Assembly (NCBI GenBank): GCA_030528905.1
Contig: JAUMXZ010000001.1
Location: 1-59,116, forward strand
DNA length: 59,116 nt
Direction of reading: 5' to 3'
From: Clostridia bacterium
Lineage (GTDB): Bacteria; Bacillota; Clostridia; Oscillospirales; Acutalibacteraceae
Shown: piece by piece, positions 1 to 9,862 of the stretch
How positions within the stretch are numbered: position 1 is the first letter of the stretch
How the letters are laid out: each line of letters starts with the position of its first letter
Notes under the pieces: model-generated
What the model saw: the letters and a program-made list of their open reading frames with translations, nothing else
Told to the model about the DNA's origin: nothing
The model's database searches: none
Program-made: the position numbers and the translations under genes

Positions 1-2
1 TA

Positions 3-557
3 GAAAATGCTTCCTTTTATTCTTTATCAACCGATAAGTGTAAACGACCGCATGATGAGGTAGCAGAACTTATTAAATTGATGAAACAGTATCTTAAAAG
101 AACGATAAAAGAAGTTTCATCGCAAAATATAAAACTTAACTTTATTGGCGACTTATCAGTATTTGATGACGAAATAAAAGAACTCATAAACGAAACCAAA
201 GAACTTGCCAAACAGAAAACCGGAATGGTTCTTAATATTGCGGTAAACTATGGCGGACGAGATGAAATAGTAAATGCAGTCAGAAAAATTGCAAAAGATG
301 TAAAAGAGTCAAATATCAGCTTGGATGATATAAATCAGGATACTATAAGCCATAATCTATACACAAGCACTCAGCCTGATGTTGATCTGGTGATAAGAAC
401 AAGCGGTGAATATAGGACTTCAAACTTTTTGTTGTGGCAGTCAGCTTATGCTGAATATATATTCACTAAAACTTTATGGCCGGACTTTAATATCGACTGT
501 TTAAATAATGCTTTAAAGGAATATGCTATGCGCAACAGGCGTTATGGAGGAGTGTGA
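3..557 (+). CDS. uppS: Undecaprenyl-diphosphate synthase (cis-prenyltransferase), 5'-truncated by window edge
   Basis: Frame +3 is open from nt 3, so the ORF-track start at 78 is internal. The translation YSLSTDKCKRPHDEVAELIKLM...NIAVNYGGRDEIV...LVIRTSGEYRTSNFLLWQSAYAEY matches UPP synthase signatures. It is followed by cdsA, as in Firmicutes. Confidence 0.9.
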   Translation, partial: ENASFYSLSTDKCKRPHDEVAELIKLMKQYLKRTIKEVSSQNIKLNFIGDLSVFDDEIKELINETKELAKQKTGMVLNIAVNYGGRDEIVNAVRKIAKDVKESNISLDDINQDTISHNLYTSTQPDVDLVIRTSGEYRTSNFLLWQSAYAEYIFTKTLWPDFNIDCLNNALKEYAMRNRRYGGV

Positions 558-561
558 AACG

Positions 562-1392
562 ATGGCTAAAAGAATAATATCAGGTACCGTCGGAGCAGTA
601 TTCATTATTATGGTGGTGTTTTTTTCTTCAGTCTACCCTATTATTATTGATATCGGTATATCAGCTATATGTGCCTGCTCAATATTCGAGATATTTGCTG
701 CTGTTAATATAAAAAGATCTTTTTACCTTGTGGTGCCAAGCGTAGTCTTTTCTCTATTACTGCCGGTATCTATAGCAACACCGTATTGGTGGATTGCTTT
801 TTATCTTTATACTGTAGCATTATTCGGTATAATGATATGGAAAAGAGATGTGTTTAAATTTAAGGATGTTGCTGTCATATATGGTATGACAATTATGGTA
901 ACACTGTCTTTGGCAACATTATCGCTGCTTAGCAAAATGGACGAAAATATAGCAGTGTTCTTTATTATGTTTGTGCTTGTTGTAACCTGGATGTCTGATA
1001 CCGGTGCGTTTTTTATCGGCACAGCCTTTGGAAAACATAAATTAGCACCGACAATCAGTCCTAAAAAGACTGTGGAGGGCGCTTTAGGCGGTGTTGTGTT
1101 TGCGTTAGTGTCAGGTGTTCTTATAAGCTTACTTTTTGAGAAAGTTATACTGTCTCCGCACATATATATAAATTATATAGTTGTAACTGTTTTGTCTTTG
1201 GCAACTTCAGTAATATCAATACTGGGAGATTTGATTTTCTCGTACCTGAAAAGAGCCTGCAATATAAAAGATTTCGGAAATGTTATTCCGGGCCACGGAG
1301 GTATACTTGACAGATTCGACAGCGTTATCTTTGCAGCTCCGTTGATCTATTCTTGTACACTTATAATACCGTGGGCAACATATATAAAATAA
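562..1392 (+). CDS. cdsA: Phosphatidate cytidylyltransferase (CDP-diglyceride synthase)
   Basis: Polytopic membrane protein with the C-terminal signature SYLKRACNIKDFGNVIPGHGGILDRFDS. ATG 562 (GGAGG at 546-550) is preferred over ORF-track start 523, which overlaps uppS. Confidence 0.9.
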   Translation: MAKRIISGTVGAVFIIMVVFFSSVYPIIIDIGISAICACSIFEIFAAVNIKRSFYLVVPSVVFSLLLPVSIATPYWWIAFYLYTVALFGIMIWKRDVFKFKDVAVIYGMTIMVTLSLATLSLLSKMDENIAVFFIMFVLVVTWMSDTGAFFIGTAFGKHKLAPTISPKKTVEGALGGVVFALVSGVLISLLFEKVILSPHIYINYIVVTVLSLATSVISILGDLIFSYLKRACNIKDFGNVIPGHGGILDRFDSVIFAAPLIYSCTLIIPWATYIK

Positions 1393-1407
1393 TCTTAGGA
1401 GTAAAAA

Positions 1408-2562
1408 ATGATCAAGACTATTACTATATTAGGTTCAACCGGCTCAATAGGAACACAGGCATTAGAGGTCTGTAAAAAATTAGGAATACAGGTACAGGCC
1501 CTGACGGCGAAAAGTAATATAGCCTTGCTTGAAAAACAAATAAGAGAATATAAGCCGAAAGCCGCAGCTGTTTATGACAAAGAAAAAGCAAAGATACTAA
1601 AGGAAAATATTTCAGACCTTGATATACCTGTTTACAGCCAAATGGAAGGGCTTTGCAAGATAGCAGCTGATATAGAATCAGATATCGTACTTAATTCGGT
1701 TGTCGGTATGGTTGGACTTAAACCTACTCTTGAGGCAATAAATAATAAAAGACATATAGCTCTTGCGAATAAAGAAACCCTTGTGGCAGGCGGAGAACTT
1801 GTGACTCGGGCAGCAAGAGAAAATGGCGTAAAAATTATCCCTGTTGACAGTGAGCACAGTGCAATCTTTCAGTGTATGCAGGGAATGAACGACAAAAAAG
1901 AATTAAAAAAAATAATATTAACAGCATCAGGTGGTCCGTTTTTTGGCAAAAAAATGAAAGATTTAGAGAATATTACCAAGGAACAGGCGTTAAAACATCC
2001 TAATTGGAGTATGGGTGCGAAAATAACAATCGACAGCGCAACGATGATGAATAAAGGTCTTGAAATTGCTGAGGCAAAATGGCTTTTTGACATAGATGAG
2101 AAAGATATTGATGTCGTTATACATCGGGAAAGCATAATTCATTCGATGATAGAGTATAAAGACAATTCTGTAATCGCTCAAATGGGAGTTGCTGATATGA
2201 GAGTTCCGATACAGTACGCAATAACCTACCCGCAAAGATATCCGTCGTTAGCAGCTGAGCTTGATTTGACACAGATTTCGACCCTGACATTTTTCAAACC
2301 GGATTATGATACCTTTCTGTGCCTGAAAGCCTGTAAGCTTGCTTTGCAAAAAGGCGGACTTTATATGGCTGTAGCAAATGGCGCAAATGAGCAAGCGGTA
2401 GAATTATTTTTAAAGGATGAGATAAAATTCCTTGATATAGGAAATATAGTCCTCAAAGCGGTAAATACTATTGATGTGAGTGATGAAATTACCCTGGAGA
2501 ATATTTTAAAGGCAGATAATGATGCAAGGAATTTTGTGTTGTGTCATTTTAATAAAAAATAA
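1408..2562 (+). CDS. dxr: 1-deoxy-D-xylulose-5-phosphate reductoisomerase
   Basis: Motifs GSTGSIGTQAL, LANKE, DSEHSAIFQC and MNKGLEIAEA. AGGAG SD upstream. Confidence 0.95.
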   Translation: MIKTITILGSTGSIGTQALEVCKKLGIQVQALTAKSNIALLEKQIREYKPKAAAVYDKEKAKILKENISDLDIPVYSQMEGLCKIAADIESDIVLNSVVGMVGLKPTLEAINNKRHIALANKETLVAGGELVTRAARENGVKIIPVDSEHSAIFQCMQGMNDKKELKKIILTASGGPFFGKKMKDLENITKEQALKHPNWSMGAKITIDSATMMNKGLEIAEAKWLFDIDEKDIDVVIHRESIIHSMIEYKDNSVIAQMGVADMRVPIQYAITYPQRYPSLAAELDLTQISTLTFFKPDYDTFLCLKACKLALQKGGLYMAVANGANEQAVELFLKDEIKFLDIGNIVLKAVNTIDVSDEITLENILKADNDARNFVLCHFNKK

Positions 2563-2578
2563 TGAATATCATTTAAAG

Positions 2579-2622
2579 TCGGCTGTGAAGAGGTGTGGTA
2601 ATGTGTCTTCCCAGTCGGTTTT
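2579..2622 (+). terminator. Rho-independent terminator after dxr
   Basis: Arm TCGGCTGTGAAGA (2579-2591) pairs with TCTTCCCAGTCGG (2606-2618), with two G-U pairs and one mismatch. It is followed by TTTT. Confidence 0.6.
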
Positions 2623-2666
2623 AAATTTTGCTGTAAATTGTTAATATTCAAAGGAGTTGGGCTGTT

Positions 2667-3785
2667 ATGGGCTTTATTTTAAATCTGGCACTTATAATAA
2701 TAGGAGTATTATTATTTTGTGTCATTATATTAGTGCACGAATTTGGTCACTTTTCAATGGCAAAGCTTTTTTCTGTTAAAGTTAATGAGTTTTCTATAGG
2801 AATGGGTCCAAAACTTTTCAGAAAACAAAAGGGCGAAACTTTATATACAATAAGAGCGCTGCCCATAGGCGGATTTTGTGCTATGGAAGGCGAAGATGAA
2901 GAAAGTGATTCAGACAGGGCATTTGGAAATAAAAAAGCCTGGCAGAAAATTTTAATAGTGGCAATGGGCGGAATCTTAAATGTAATTCTTGGGTTTATAA
3001 TGATGTTTATAATACTTATTCCGCAAGAAGCTTATGCGACAACAACTGTTGCGCATTTCAGCGAAAATGCCTCAACTCAAAGCTCAGGCCTTATGCTCGA
3101 TGACCGGATAACATCTTTTGACGGTTACAAGATAAATTGCGACAGAGACTTGATGTTTGCGTTTTCAATATCGGAAAAAATAAGAGAAGCCATAAAGTCC
3201 GATTCTATAAACGAAACATATATAGATATGACGGTAAACAGAAACGGACAGCATACAGAATTAAAAAATGTAAGATTTGAAATAGCTACAGCAGAAGATG
3301 GAACAAGATATCTTAATCTTGATTTTAAAGTTTACGGTGAGCAGAAAACCTTCTTAAACACTATAGAAAAAGCCTTTAATTATACTGTTTCTACAGTAAG
3401 AATGGTTTGGGCAAGTTTAGTCGGAATTGTTATGGGGAAATTTGGTGTTAATGATATGGCAGGGCCTATCGGAACAGCATCAGTAATAAGTCAAAGTGCT
3501 GCAGCAGGTCTTGCACAGGGATTTTCAACAGCAGTTTTAAATATAGTGTATATTATGATAATTCTAACGGTTAATCTTGGAGTATTTAATTTATTACCAA
3601 TACCTGCTCTTGACGGAGGCAGATTAGTATTTTTGATATTTGAGTTGATTTTCAGAAAACCTGTAGCACCTAAATTTGAAAAATATGTTCACGCAATAGG
3701 CTTTGTAGCCCTGATTGCATTTATGATCTTCATAACTTGTAATGATATTCTAAGACTGATAACAGGAAACGGAGCATTCATATGA
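2667..3785 (+). CDS. rseP: RIP zinc metalloprotease (site-2 protease, M50 family)
   Basis: HEFGH in the first TM helix and C-terminal NLLPIPALDGG (NxxPxxxLDG). Conserved position between dxr and ispG. Confidence 0.9.
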   Translation: MGFILNLALIIIGVLLFCVIILVHEFGHFSMAKLFSVKVNEFSIGMGPKLFRKQKGETLYTIRALPIGGFCAMEGEDEESDSDRAFGNKKAWQKILIVAMGGILNVILGFIMMFIILIPQEAYATTTVAHFSENASTQSSGLMLDDRITSFDGYKINCDRDLMFAFSISEKIREAIKSDSINETYIDMTVNRNGQHTELKNVRFEIATAEDGTRYLNLDFKVYGEQKTFLNTIEKAFNYTVSTVRMVWASLVGIVMGKFGVNDMAGPIGTASVISQSAAAGLAQGFSTAVLNIVYIMIILTVNLGVFNLLPIPALDGGRLVFLIFELIFRKPVAPKFEKYVHAIGFVALIAFMIFITCNDILRLITGNGAFI

Positions 3786-4834
3786 TAAAAAGAAAGAAAA
3801 CCAAAAAAATAAAAGTGGGTAATATATATATAGGCGGAGATTATAAGATTACTGTGCAGTCTATGCTTAATGCGAAAAATAATGATGTTGATGAGAACAT
3901 CAGGCAGGCTCAAAAGCTTGAAAAAGCAGGCTGTGAGATTATAAGAGTAGCCATTGAAAATAAAGAGGCGGTAAGACTTATAGATGCGATAAAAAATAAG
4001 ATAGATATTCCGCTTGTGGCAGATATTCATTTTGATTATAAATTAGCACTTGAGTGTGCCTATGCAGGAGTTGACAAAATAAGAATAAACCCCGGTAATA
4101 TAGGCAGTGATGATAAAGTAAAAAAAGTAGCAGATATATGTAACAGAAAAAATATCCCGATAAGAATAGGAGTAAATTCCGGCTCATTGGAAAAAGAAAT
4201 TTTAAAAAAATATTCACACCCTTGCGCACAGGCTTTAAGAGACAGTGCTTTGTATCATACATCACTGCTTGAAAAATTTGATTTTGATAACATAATCTTA
4301 TCAATGAAATCATCAGATGTGAAAACTATGGTCAAAGCTTATGAGTTAGTCAGCCAAAGCTGTGATTATCCGCTGCACCTTGGAGTAACTGAGGCAGGAC
4401 TGAAAAGACAGGGCATAGTTAAATCTTCAATAGGAATAGGTGCTTTGTTACTAAAAGGTATTGGCGATACTATAAGAGTTTCACTAACCGATGACCCGGT
4501 AAATGAGGTTGTAGCAGGATTTGACATTTTAAATGCACTTGAGTTAAGAGAAAATAATGTAACTTTTATATCCTGTCCGACATGCGGAAGAACAAAGGTG
4601 GATTTAATATCACTTGCAAATGAGGTTTCAGAAAAATTAAAGGACTGCAAAAAGAAAATCAAAGTAGCCGTAATGGGCTGTGCTGTGAATGGGCCGGGCG
4701 AGGCAAAAGAGGCTGATATAGGTATAGCCGGCGGAGATGGCTGTGGATTGATTTTCAAAAAAGGCGAAATTATAAAAAAAGTAGATGAGTGTGAGCTCGT
4801 TTCAGAACTTGTAAAGGAAATAGAACGCTTATAA
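3782..4834 (+). CDS. ispG: 4-hydroxy-3-methylbut-2-enyl diphosphate synthase
   Basis: GcpE-family sequence with C-terminal Fe-S ligands CPTCGR...GCAVNGPGE. ATGA overlap with the rseP stop. Confidence 0.95.
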   Translation: MIKRKKTKKIKVGNIYIGGDYKITVQSMLNAKNNDVDENIRQAQKLEKAGCEIIRVAIENKEAVRLIDAIKNKIDIPLVADIHFDYKLALECAYAGVDKIRINPGNIGSDDKVKKVADICNRKNIPIRIGVNSGSLEKEILKKYSHPCAQALRDSALYHTSLLEKFDFDNIILSMKSSDVKTMVKAYELVSQSCDYPLHLGVTEAGLKRQGIVKSSIGIGALLLKGIGDTIRVSLTDDPVNEVVAGFDILNALELRENNVTFISCPTCGRTKVDLISLANEVSEKLKDCKKKIKVAVMGCAVNGPGEAKEADIGIAGGDGCGLIFKKGEIIKKVDECELVSELVKEIERL

Positions 4835-4852
4835 AATCAGGAGGTGAGGTAT

Positions 4853-7800
4853 TTGAACAGTTTTGTTGATGTCTTTGAAGACTATATAAAAAAAGAATGT
4901 GTGTCTGAGCAGATATTATCAGCAGAAATTCTTAATATGGAAATCTCAAAAACTAAAAGATGCCTTACCATTGAGCTCAAAACCGATAAATTGGTAAATT
5001 GCAAGTGTATCAGTGCAGTGCAGGAAATGTTAAAACGCTCAAAGTTAGCACTTTCTGATGTCAATATAATTACAGTCTTAAAAAAAGAGTTCTTTACAAA
5101 AGAGAATTTTCTGGAAATCTTAAAAAACTCAAGGCTTGAAAATAACGCGCTTAAAGGCTGTTTTGAAGACTGTGATGCTGTAATAAATAATAATATACTG
5201 ACAATTTACTTAAAACACGGCGGACTTAATCTGTTAAAAGCAAAAAAAGTTGATAACGAAATCTCAAAACTTGTAAGAAAACAATTCGGAGTATCAGTAA
5301 AAGTAAATTTTGAAAACCTTTTGACAGAAGAAGATTTTATAAAAAGAGAACAGGAATTTGAAAAAGTTGAGAACAAAGAAAAAATAAAAACAAAAAATAA
5401 ACCCGATGAAAATGTACCTGTGGAAAAGAATAAACCGAAAGCCAAAGAAATCTCTGTGAGAACACAGGAGAATTTACTCCCGGCAGCAGACCTGACAACA
5501 GTAGAAGCTTTAAGCGGAAAAAAGATAAACGAAAAACCGATTGAGATAAAAAGCTTAAATGCAGGAGATAAAAATGTTATAATATGGGGAGATGTGTTCT
5601 TTAAAGATTTGATAAAATCAAGAGATAATAAAAAGAATATATACACTTTCTATATAACTGACTATACAAGCTCAATCACAATAAAAGCTATATTGTCAGC
5701 TGATAAAAATGATTATCTGGAAAATGTATCAAAGGGTGATACAATAATAGCTAAAGGCCAGGTAAAATATGATGACTATTCAAGAAGCATAGCATTCTTT
5801 CCAAATAACATATGCAAGGTGCAAAAATTAAATGTAGTAGACAAAGCAAAAACGAAAAGAGTAGAACTTCATTTACATAGCAATATGTCAGCAATGGATG
5901 GCGTAAGCAATATATCAGCGTTTATAAACAGAGCGGCAAAATGGGGGCATAAAGCTATTGCTATAACAGACCACGGAGTAGTGCAAAGTTTTCCGGAGGC
6001 TATGTCTGCAATAGAAAAGATAAATAAAAGCGGAAACCCTATGAAGATGATATATGGAATAGAGGCCTACTTTGTAGATGACACTGATGTCTTTGATAAA
6101 AATGAACTAAAACGCTTAAAGTCGTATCATCAGGTTATATTAGTGCAAAATAAAACCGGTCTTAAAAATTTATATAAGCTTGTATCAAAAGCGCATCTTG
6201 AATATTTTTATAAAAGACCAAGAATACCAAAAAGTGAGTTAATAAAACATAGAGAAGGTCTTATAATAGGAAGTGCCTGCGAGGCAGGAGAATTATTCAG
6301 AGCAATGATTGAAGGTAAAACTACAGAGGAGCTTTGCGATATTGCTAAATTTTATGACTATCTTGAAATACAACCTATTGGCAATAACGACTTTATGCTC
6401 AGAAATGGATTAGCTTCATCAAAGGAAGATCTGATAGATTTTAATAAAAAAATAGTAAACATAGGTGATAAGCTGAAAAAACCTGTTGTTGCAACCTGCG
6501 ATGTTCATTTTTTAGACCCGCACGATAATGAATACAGAAAAATACTAATGGCAGGACAGGGTTATTCAGATGCGGACAGACAAGCCCCTCTTTATTTTCG
6601 TACTACAGAAGAAATGCTCGAAGAATTTTCATATTTGGGAAAGGAAAAGGCATATGAAGTTGTAGTGGAAAACACAAATAAAATTGCAGATATGATAACC
6701 CAGGTAAGACCGATACCAAAAGGAGTATATCCTCCGTTTATAGAGGGCGCAGAAAAACAACTGATTGATATAACCTGGGAAAGAACAAAGAGAATTTACG
6801 GAGATCCCCTGCCGGATATAGTGTATAAAAGAATAGACAAAGAACTAAGCTCTATTACAAAGCACGGGTTCTCAGTTCTATATATGACAGCTCAGAAACT
6901 TGTTGCCGATTCTGAAAAACACGGCTATCTTGTAGGATCAAGAGGGTCTGTAGGTTCATCATTTGTAGCAACAATGTCAGGTATATCAGAAGTTAACCCG
7001 TTAGAACCACATTATATATGTCCAAATTGTAAGCACAGTGAATTTTTTACAGACGGAAGTGTAGGCTCAGGTTTTGATTTACCGGCTAAAAATTGCCCGA
7101 AATGTAATACACCCTATAACAGAGATGGCCACGACATACCGTTTGAAACCTTCTTGGGCTTTGACGGAGATAAAACTCCGGATATAGACTTAAACTTCTC
7201 CGGAGAATATCAAAGCTATGCGCATAGATATACAGAAGAACTATTCGGGAAAGATAATGTTTTCAAGGCAGGTACAATTTCGACAATAGCTGAGAAAACA
7301 GGATTAGGCTTTGTAAAGAAATTTGAAGAAGAGAGAAATATCAGCTTAACTAAAGCGGAAGAAGAACGTTTAGCAAACGGCTGTACGGGAGTCAGAAGAA
7401 CAACAGGTCAGCATCCCGGAGGAATGGTAGTAGTCCCTAAAGGTATGGAGATATATGATTTCTGTCCGGTGCAAAGACCGGCAAACGATCAAAATTCTGA
7501 CAATATAACAACACACTTTGATTTTCACTCAATTCATGATACAATATGTAAATTAGATGAACTCGGACACGATGTGCCGTCTATGTACAGATATTTAGAG
7601 GACTTCACAGGAATTTCGGTTATGAATGTATCAATGAGCGACCCGGAGGTGATGTCGCTTTTTACATCAACAAAAGCTTTAGGGGTAACTTGTGAGGAAA
7701 TAGAATCAAAAACAGGAACCTTTTCACTGCCTGAGGTCGGCACAAGCTTTGTAAGAGAAATGCTGATAGAAGCACAGCCTAAAAATTTTTCGGATCTGCT

Positions 7801-8608
7801 TCAAATAGCCGGACTGTCACACGGAACAGATGTCTGGATATCAAACGCACAGGATCTGATAGCTAAAAAAATCTGCACGATATCCGAAGTTATAGGTACA
7901 AGAGATAGTATAATGACATATCTTATACACAAAGGACTTGAACCTAAAATGGCATTTGATATAATGGAAATAACAAGAAAAGGTAAGGCTAAGAAACTTT
8001 TAACGCCGGAACATCTGAAAGCTATGAAAGAACACGGAGTCGAACAATGGTATATAGATTCGTGTATGAAAATTAAATATATGTTCCCAAAAGCCCACGC
8101 AGCGGCTTATATGATAGCAACACTCAGACTTGGCTGGTATAAAGTTCATAGACCGATAGAATATTATGCTGCTTACTTTACTGTTAAAGGCGAGGATTTT
8201 GATGGTCTGTTAGTGATGAAAGGTAAAGAGGCAGTAAAAAACAAGATGAAAGATATAAAATCAAGATGGAACTTTGCTACACAAAAAGAACACGCGCTAT
8301 ATTCAACGCTTCAGATAATAAATGAGATGCTTGCAAGAAATATAGAAGTTCTTCCGGTAGATTTATATAAATCAGATGCAAAGAAGTATCTGATAGAAAA
8401 CGGGAAAATAAGACTTCCGTTTCAATCACTTGCCGGAGTAGGTGTGAATGCAGGCTATAGTCTGCAGCAGGCCAGAAAAGATGGGGAGTTTATTTCCGTA
8501 GAGGATATGCAAATAAGAGCATCTATTAACAAAATCGCTACAGATGCTTTGAAAGAAGCTCATGTTCTTGATGGAATACAAGAAAAAAGTCAAGTTATGT
8601 TTTTTTAA
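4853..8608 (+). CDS. polC: PolC-type DNA polymerase III alpha subunit, lacking the internal 3'-5' exonuclease domain
   Basis: Contains an N-terminal domain, an OB fold (IIWGDVFF...YTFYITDYTSSITIKA), a PHP domain (ELHLHSNMSAMDG, ITDHG, GIEAY, CDVHF), a Zn finger CPNC...CPKC, PDIDLNFSG and HPGG. No ETTG/DEDD motifs are present. TTG 4853 (AGGAGG at 4838-4843, 9-nt spacing) is preferred over GTG 4844, which abuts the SD. Confidence 0.9.
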   Translation: MNSFVDVFEDYIKKECVSEQILSAEILNMEISKTKRCLTIELKTDKLVNCKCISAVQEMLKRSKLALSDVNIITVLKKEFFTKENFLEILKNSRLENNALKGCFEDCDAVINNNILTIYLKHGGLNLLKAKKVDNEISKLVRKQFGVSVKVNFENLLTEEDFIKREQEFEKVENKEKIKTKNKPDENVPVEKNKPKAKEISVRTQENLLPAADLTTVEALSGKKINEKPIEIKSLNAGDKNVIIWGDVFFKDLIKSRDNKKNIYTFYITDYTSSITIKAILSADKNDYLENVSKGDTIIAKGQVKYDDYSRSIAFFPNNICKVQKLNVVDKAKTKRVELHLHSNMSAMDGVSNISAFINRAAKWGHKAIAITDHGVVQSFPEAMSAIEKINKSGNPMKMIYGIEAYFVDDTDVFDKNELKRLKSYHQVILVQNKTGLKNLYKLVSKAHLEYFYKRPRIPKSELIKHREGLIIGSACEAGELFRAMIEGKTTEELCDIAKFYDYLEIQPIGNNDFMLRNGLASSKEDLIDFNKKIVNIGDKLKKPVVATCDVHFLDPHDNEYRKILMAGQGYSDADRQAPLYFRTTEEMLEEFSYLGKEKAYEVVVENTNKIADMITQVRPIPKGVYPPFIEGAEKQLIDITWERTKRIYGDPLPDIVYKRIDKELSSITKHGFSVLYMTAQKLVADSEKHGYLVGSRGSVGSSFVATMSGISEVNPLEPHYICPNCKHSEFFTDGSVGSGFDLPAKNCPKCNTPYNRDGHDIPFETFLGFDGDKTPDIDLNFSGEYQSYAHRYTEELFGKDNVFKAGTISTIAEKTGLGFVKKFEEERNISLTKAEEERLANGCTGVRRTTGQHPGGMVVVPKGMEIYDFCPVQRPANDQNSDNITTHFDFHSIHDTICKLDELGHDVPSMYRYLEDFTGISVMNVSMSDPEVMSLFTSTKALGVTCEEIESKTGTFSLPEVGTSFVREMLIEAQPKNFSDLLQIAGLSHGTDVWISNAQDLIAKKICTISEVIGTRDSIMTYLIHKGLEPKMAFDIMEITRKGKAKKLLTPEHLKAMKEHGVEQWYIDSCMKIKYMFPKAHAAAYMIATLRLGWYKVHRPIEYYAAYFTVKGEDFDGLLVMKGKEAVKNKMKDIKSRWNFATQKEHALYSTLQIINEMLARNIEVLPVDLYKSDAKKYLIENGKIRLPFQSLAGVGVNAGYSLQQARKDGEFISVEDMQIRASINKIATDALKEAHVLDGIQEKSQVMFF

Positions 8609-8637
8609 AAAAATTCTAATATTAGTGAGGAAATTTA

Positions 8638-9843
8638 ATGAAAACAAATTATAATCGTAAATTATATAAAAATACACCGCAGGGAACAAAAGATCTATTG
8701 TTCGAAGAATGTACAGCGAGAAAATACATAGAAGATAAACTCGAAAGAATCTTTACACTCAGAGGTTATAACAGAGTGATGACTCCGGGAATTGAATATA
8801 TGGACTTGTTTTCTGTTGGAAATACCGGAATAAATGCAGAAGAAATGTATAAGTTCAGTGATCTAAACGGCAGACTCTTAGCATTAAGAGCAGATGCCAC
8901 ATTACCAATAGCAAGAGTAGCTTCAACAAGATTGCAAAATTTAACAGATCCTAAAAGACTTTACTACTTTCATAAGATATATAGAAACAACCCGTCTTTC
9001 TTAGGAAAGAGAAATGAAATGATGCAAGCAGGTATAGAAGTTTTGGGAATAGGCGGGGTTAAAAATGATCTCGAAATTTTGATAACTGCATTTGAAACCT
9101 TAAATGCATGCAGTCGTGATTTTCGCATAGAAATATCATATGCCGGACTTTTTAAAACGCTTATTGAACAATTAAAAGCAACAGATGAGGAAAAAGAGGA
9201 AATCCGTCTTTTGATAGAATCAAAAAATTACGGGTCGCTAAATAGTATACTTGATGAGCTGGAAGAATCAAATATTACAAAGGCAATAAAGCTATTACCA
9301 AGGTTGTTCGGCTCAGAGGAAGTTTTTGAACAGGCTTATAAAATATGTCCTGACTATAAATTCAAATCTCAGCTTGATTATCTTAAAAAAATATATATAA
9401 TACTAAAAGAAAGCGGCTATGCAAATGGACTTATAGTAGACTTAGGGCTTGTTCATAGAAATGATTACTATAGCGGAATAGTTTTCAGCGGTTATATAAG
9501 CGGAGTAGCAGATTCTGTATTAAAAGGCGGCAGATATGATAAACTTGCTGCAAGCTTTGGGATGTCTAAACCTGCAATAGGCTTTGGGGTCGATGTAGAT
9601 GCGTTAGCAATGCTTGCACTTGAAAACAATGAGATAAATACTGATGATGATACTGTCTTAATACATTGTGATAACGGCTATGAGATAAATATGATCTATT
9701 ATGCTGAAATGCTGCACGGCAGAGGCATAAGATGTGAGTACAGCATATTTTCTACTCTGGATGAAGCTAAAGAATATGCTAAGAAGAAAAATATGAAAAA
9801 AATATATTATGCAAAAGAAAATATAGAAGAAATTATTCTTTAA
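8638..9843 (+). CDS. hisZ: ATP phosphoribosyltransferase regulatory subunit (HisS paralog)
   Basis: Class II aaRS-like (HisRS catalytic core) sequence, lying immediately upstream of a short-form hisG. GAGGA SD. Confidence 0.85.
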   Translation: MKTNYNRKLYKNTPQGTKDLLFEECTARKYIEDKLERIFTLRGYNRVMTPGIEYMDLFSVGNTGINAEEMYKFSDLNGRLLALRADATLPIARVASTRLQNLTDPKRLYYFHKIYRNNPSFLGKRNEMMQAGIEVLGIGGVKNDLEILITAFETLNACSRDFRIEISYAGLFKTLIEQLKATDEEKEEIRLLIESKNYGSLNSILDELEESNITKAIKLLPRLFGSEEVFEQAYKICPDYKFKSQLDYLKKIYIILKESGYANGLIVDLGLVHRNDYYSGIVFSGYISGVADSVLKGGRYDKLAASFGMSKPAIGFGVDVDALAMLALENNEINTDDDTVLIHCDNGYEINMIYYAEMLHGRGIRCEYSIFSTLDEAKEYAKKKNMKKIYYAKENIEEIIL

Positions 9844-9862
9844 CTAAGTAGGAGAATTTTTG

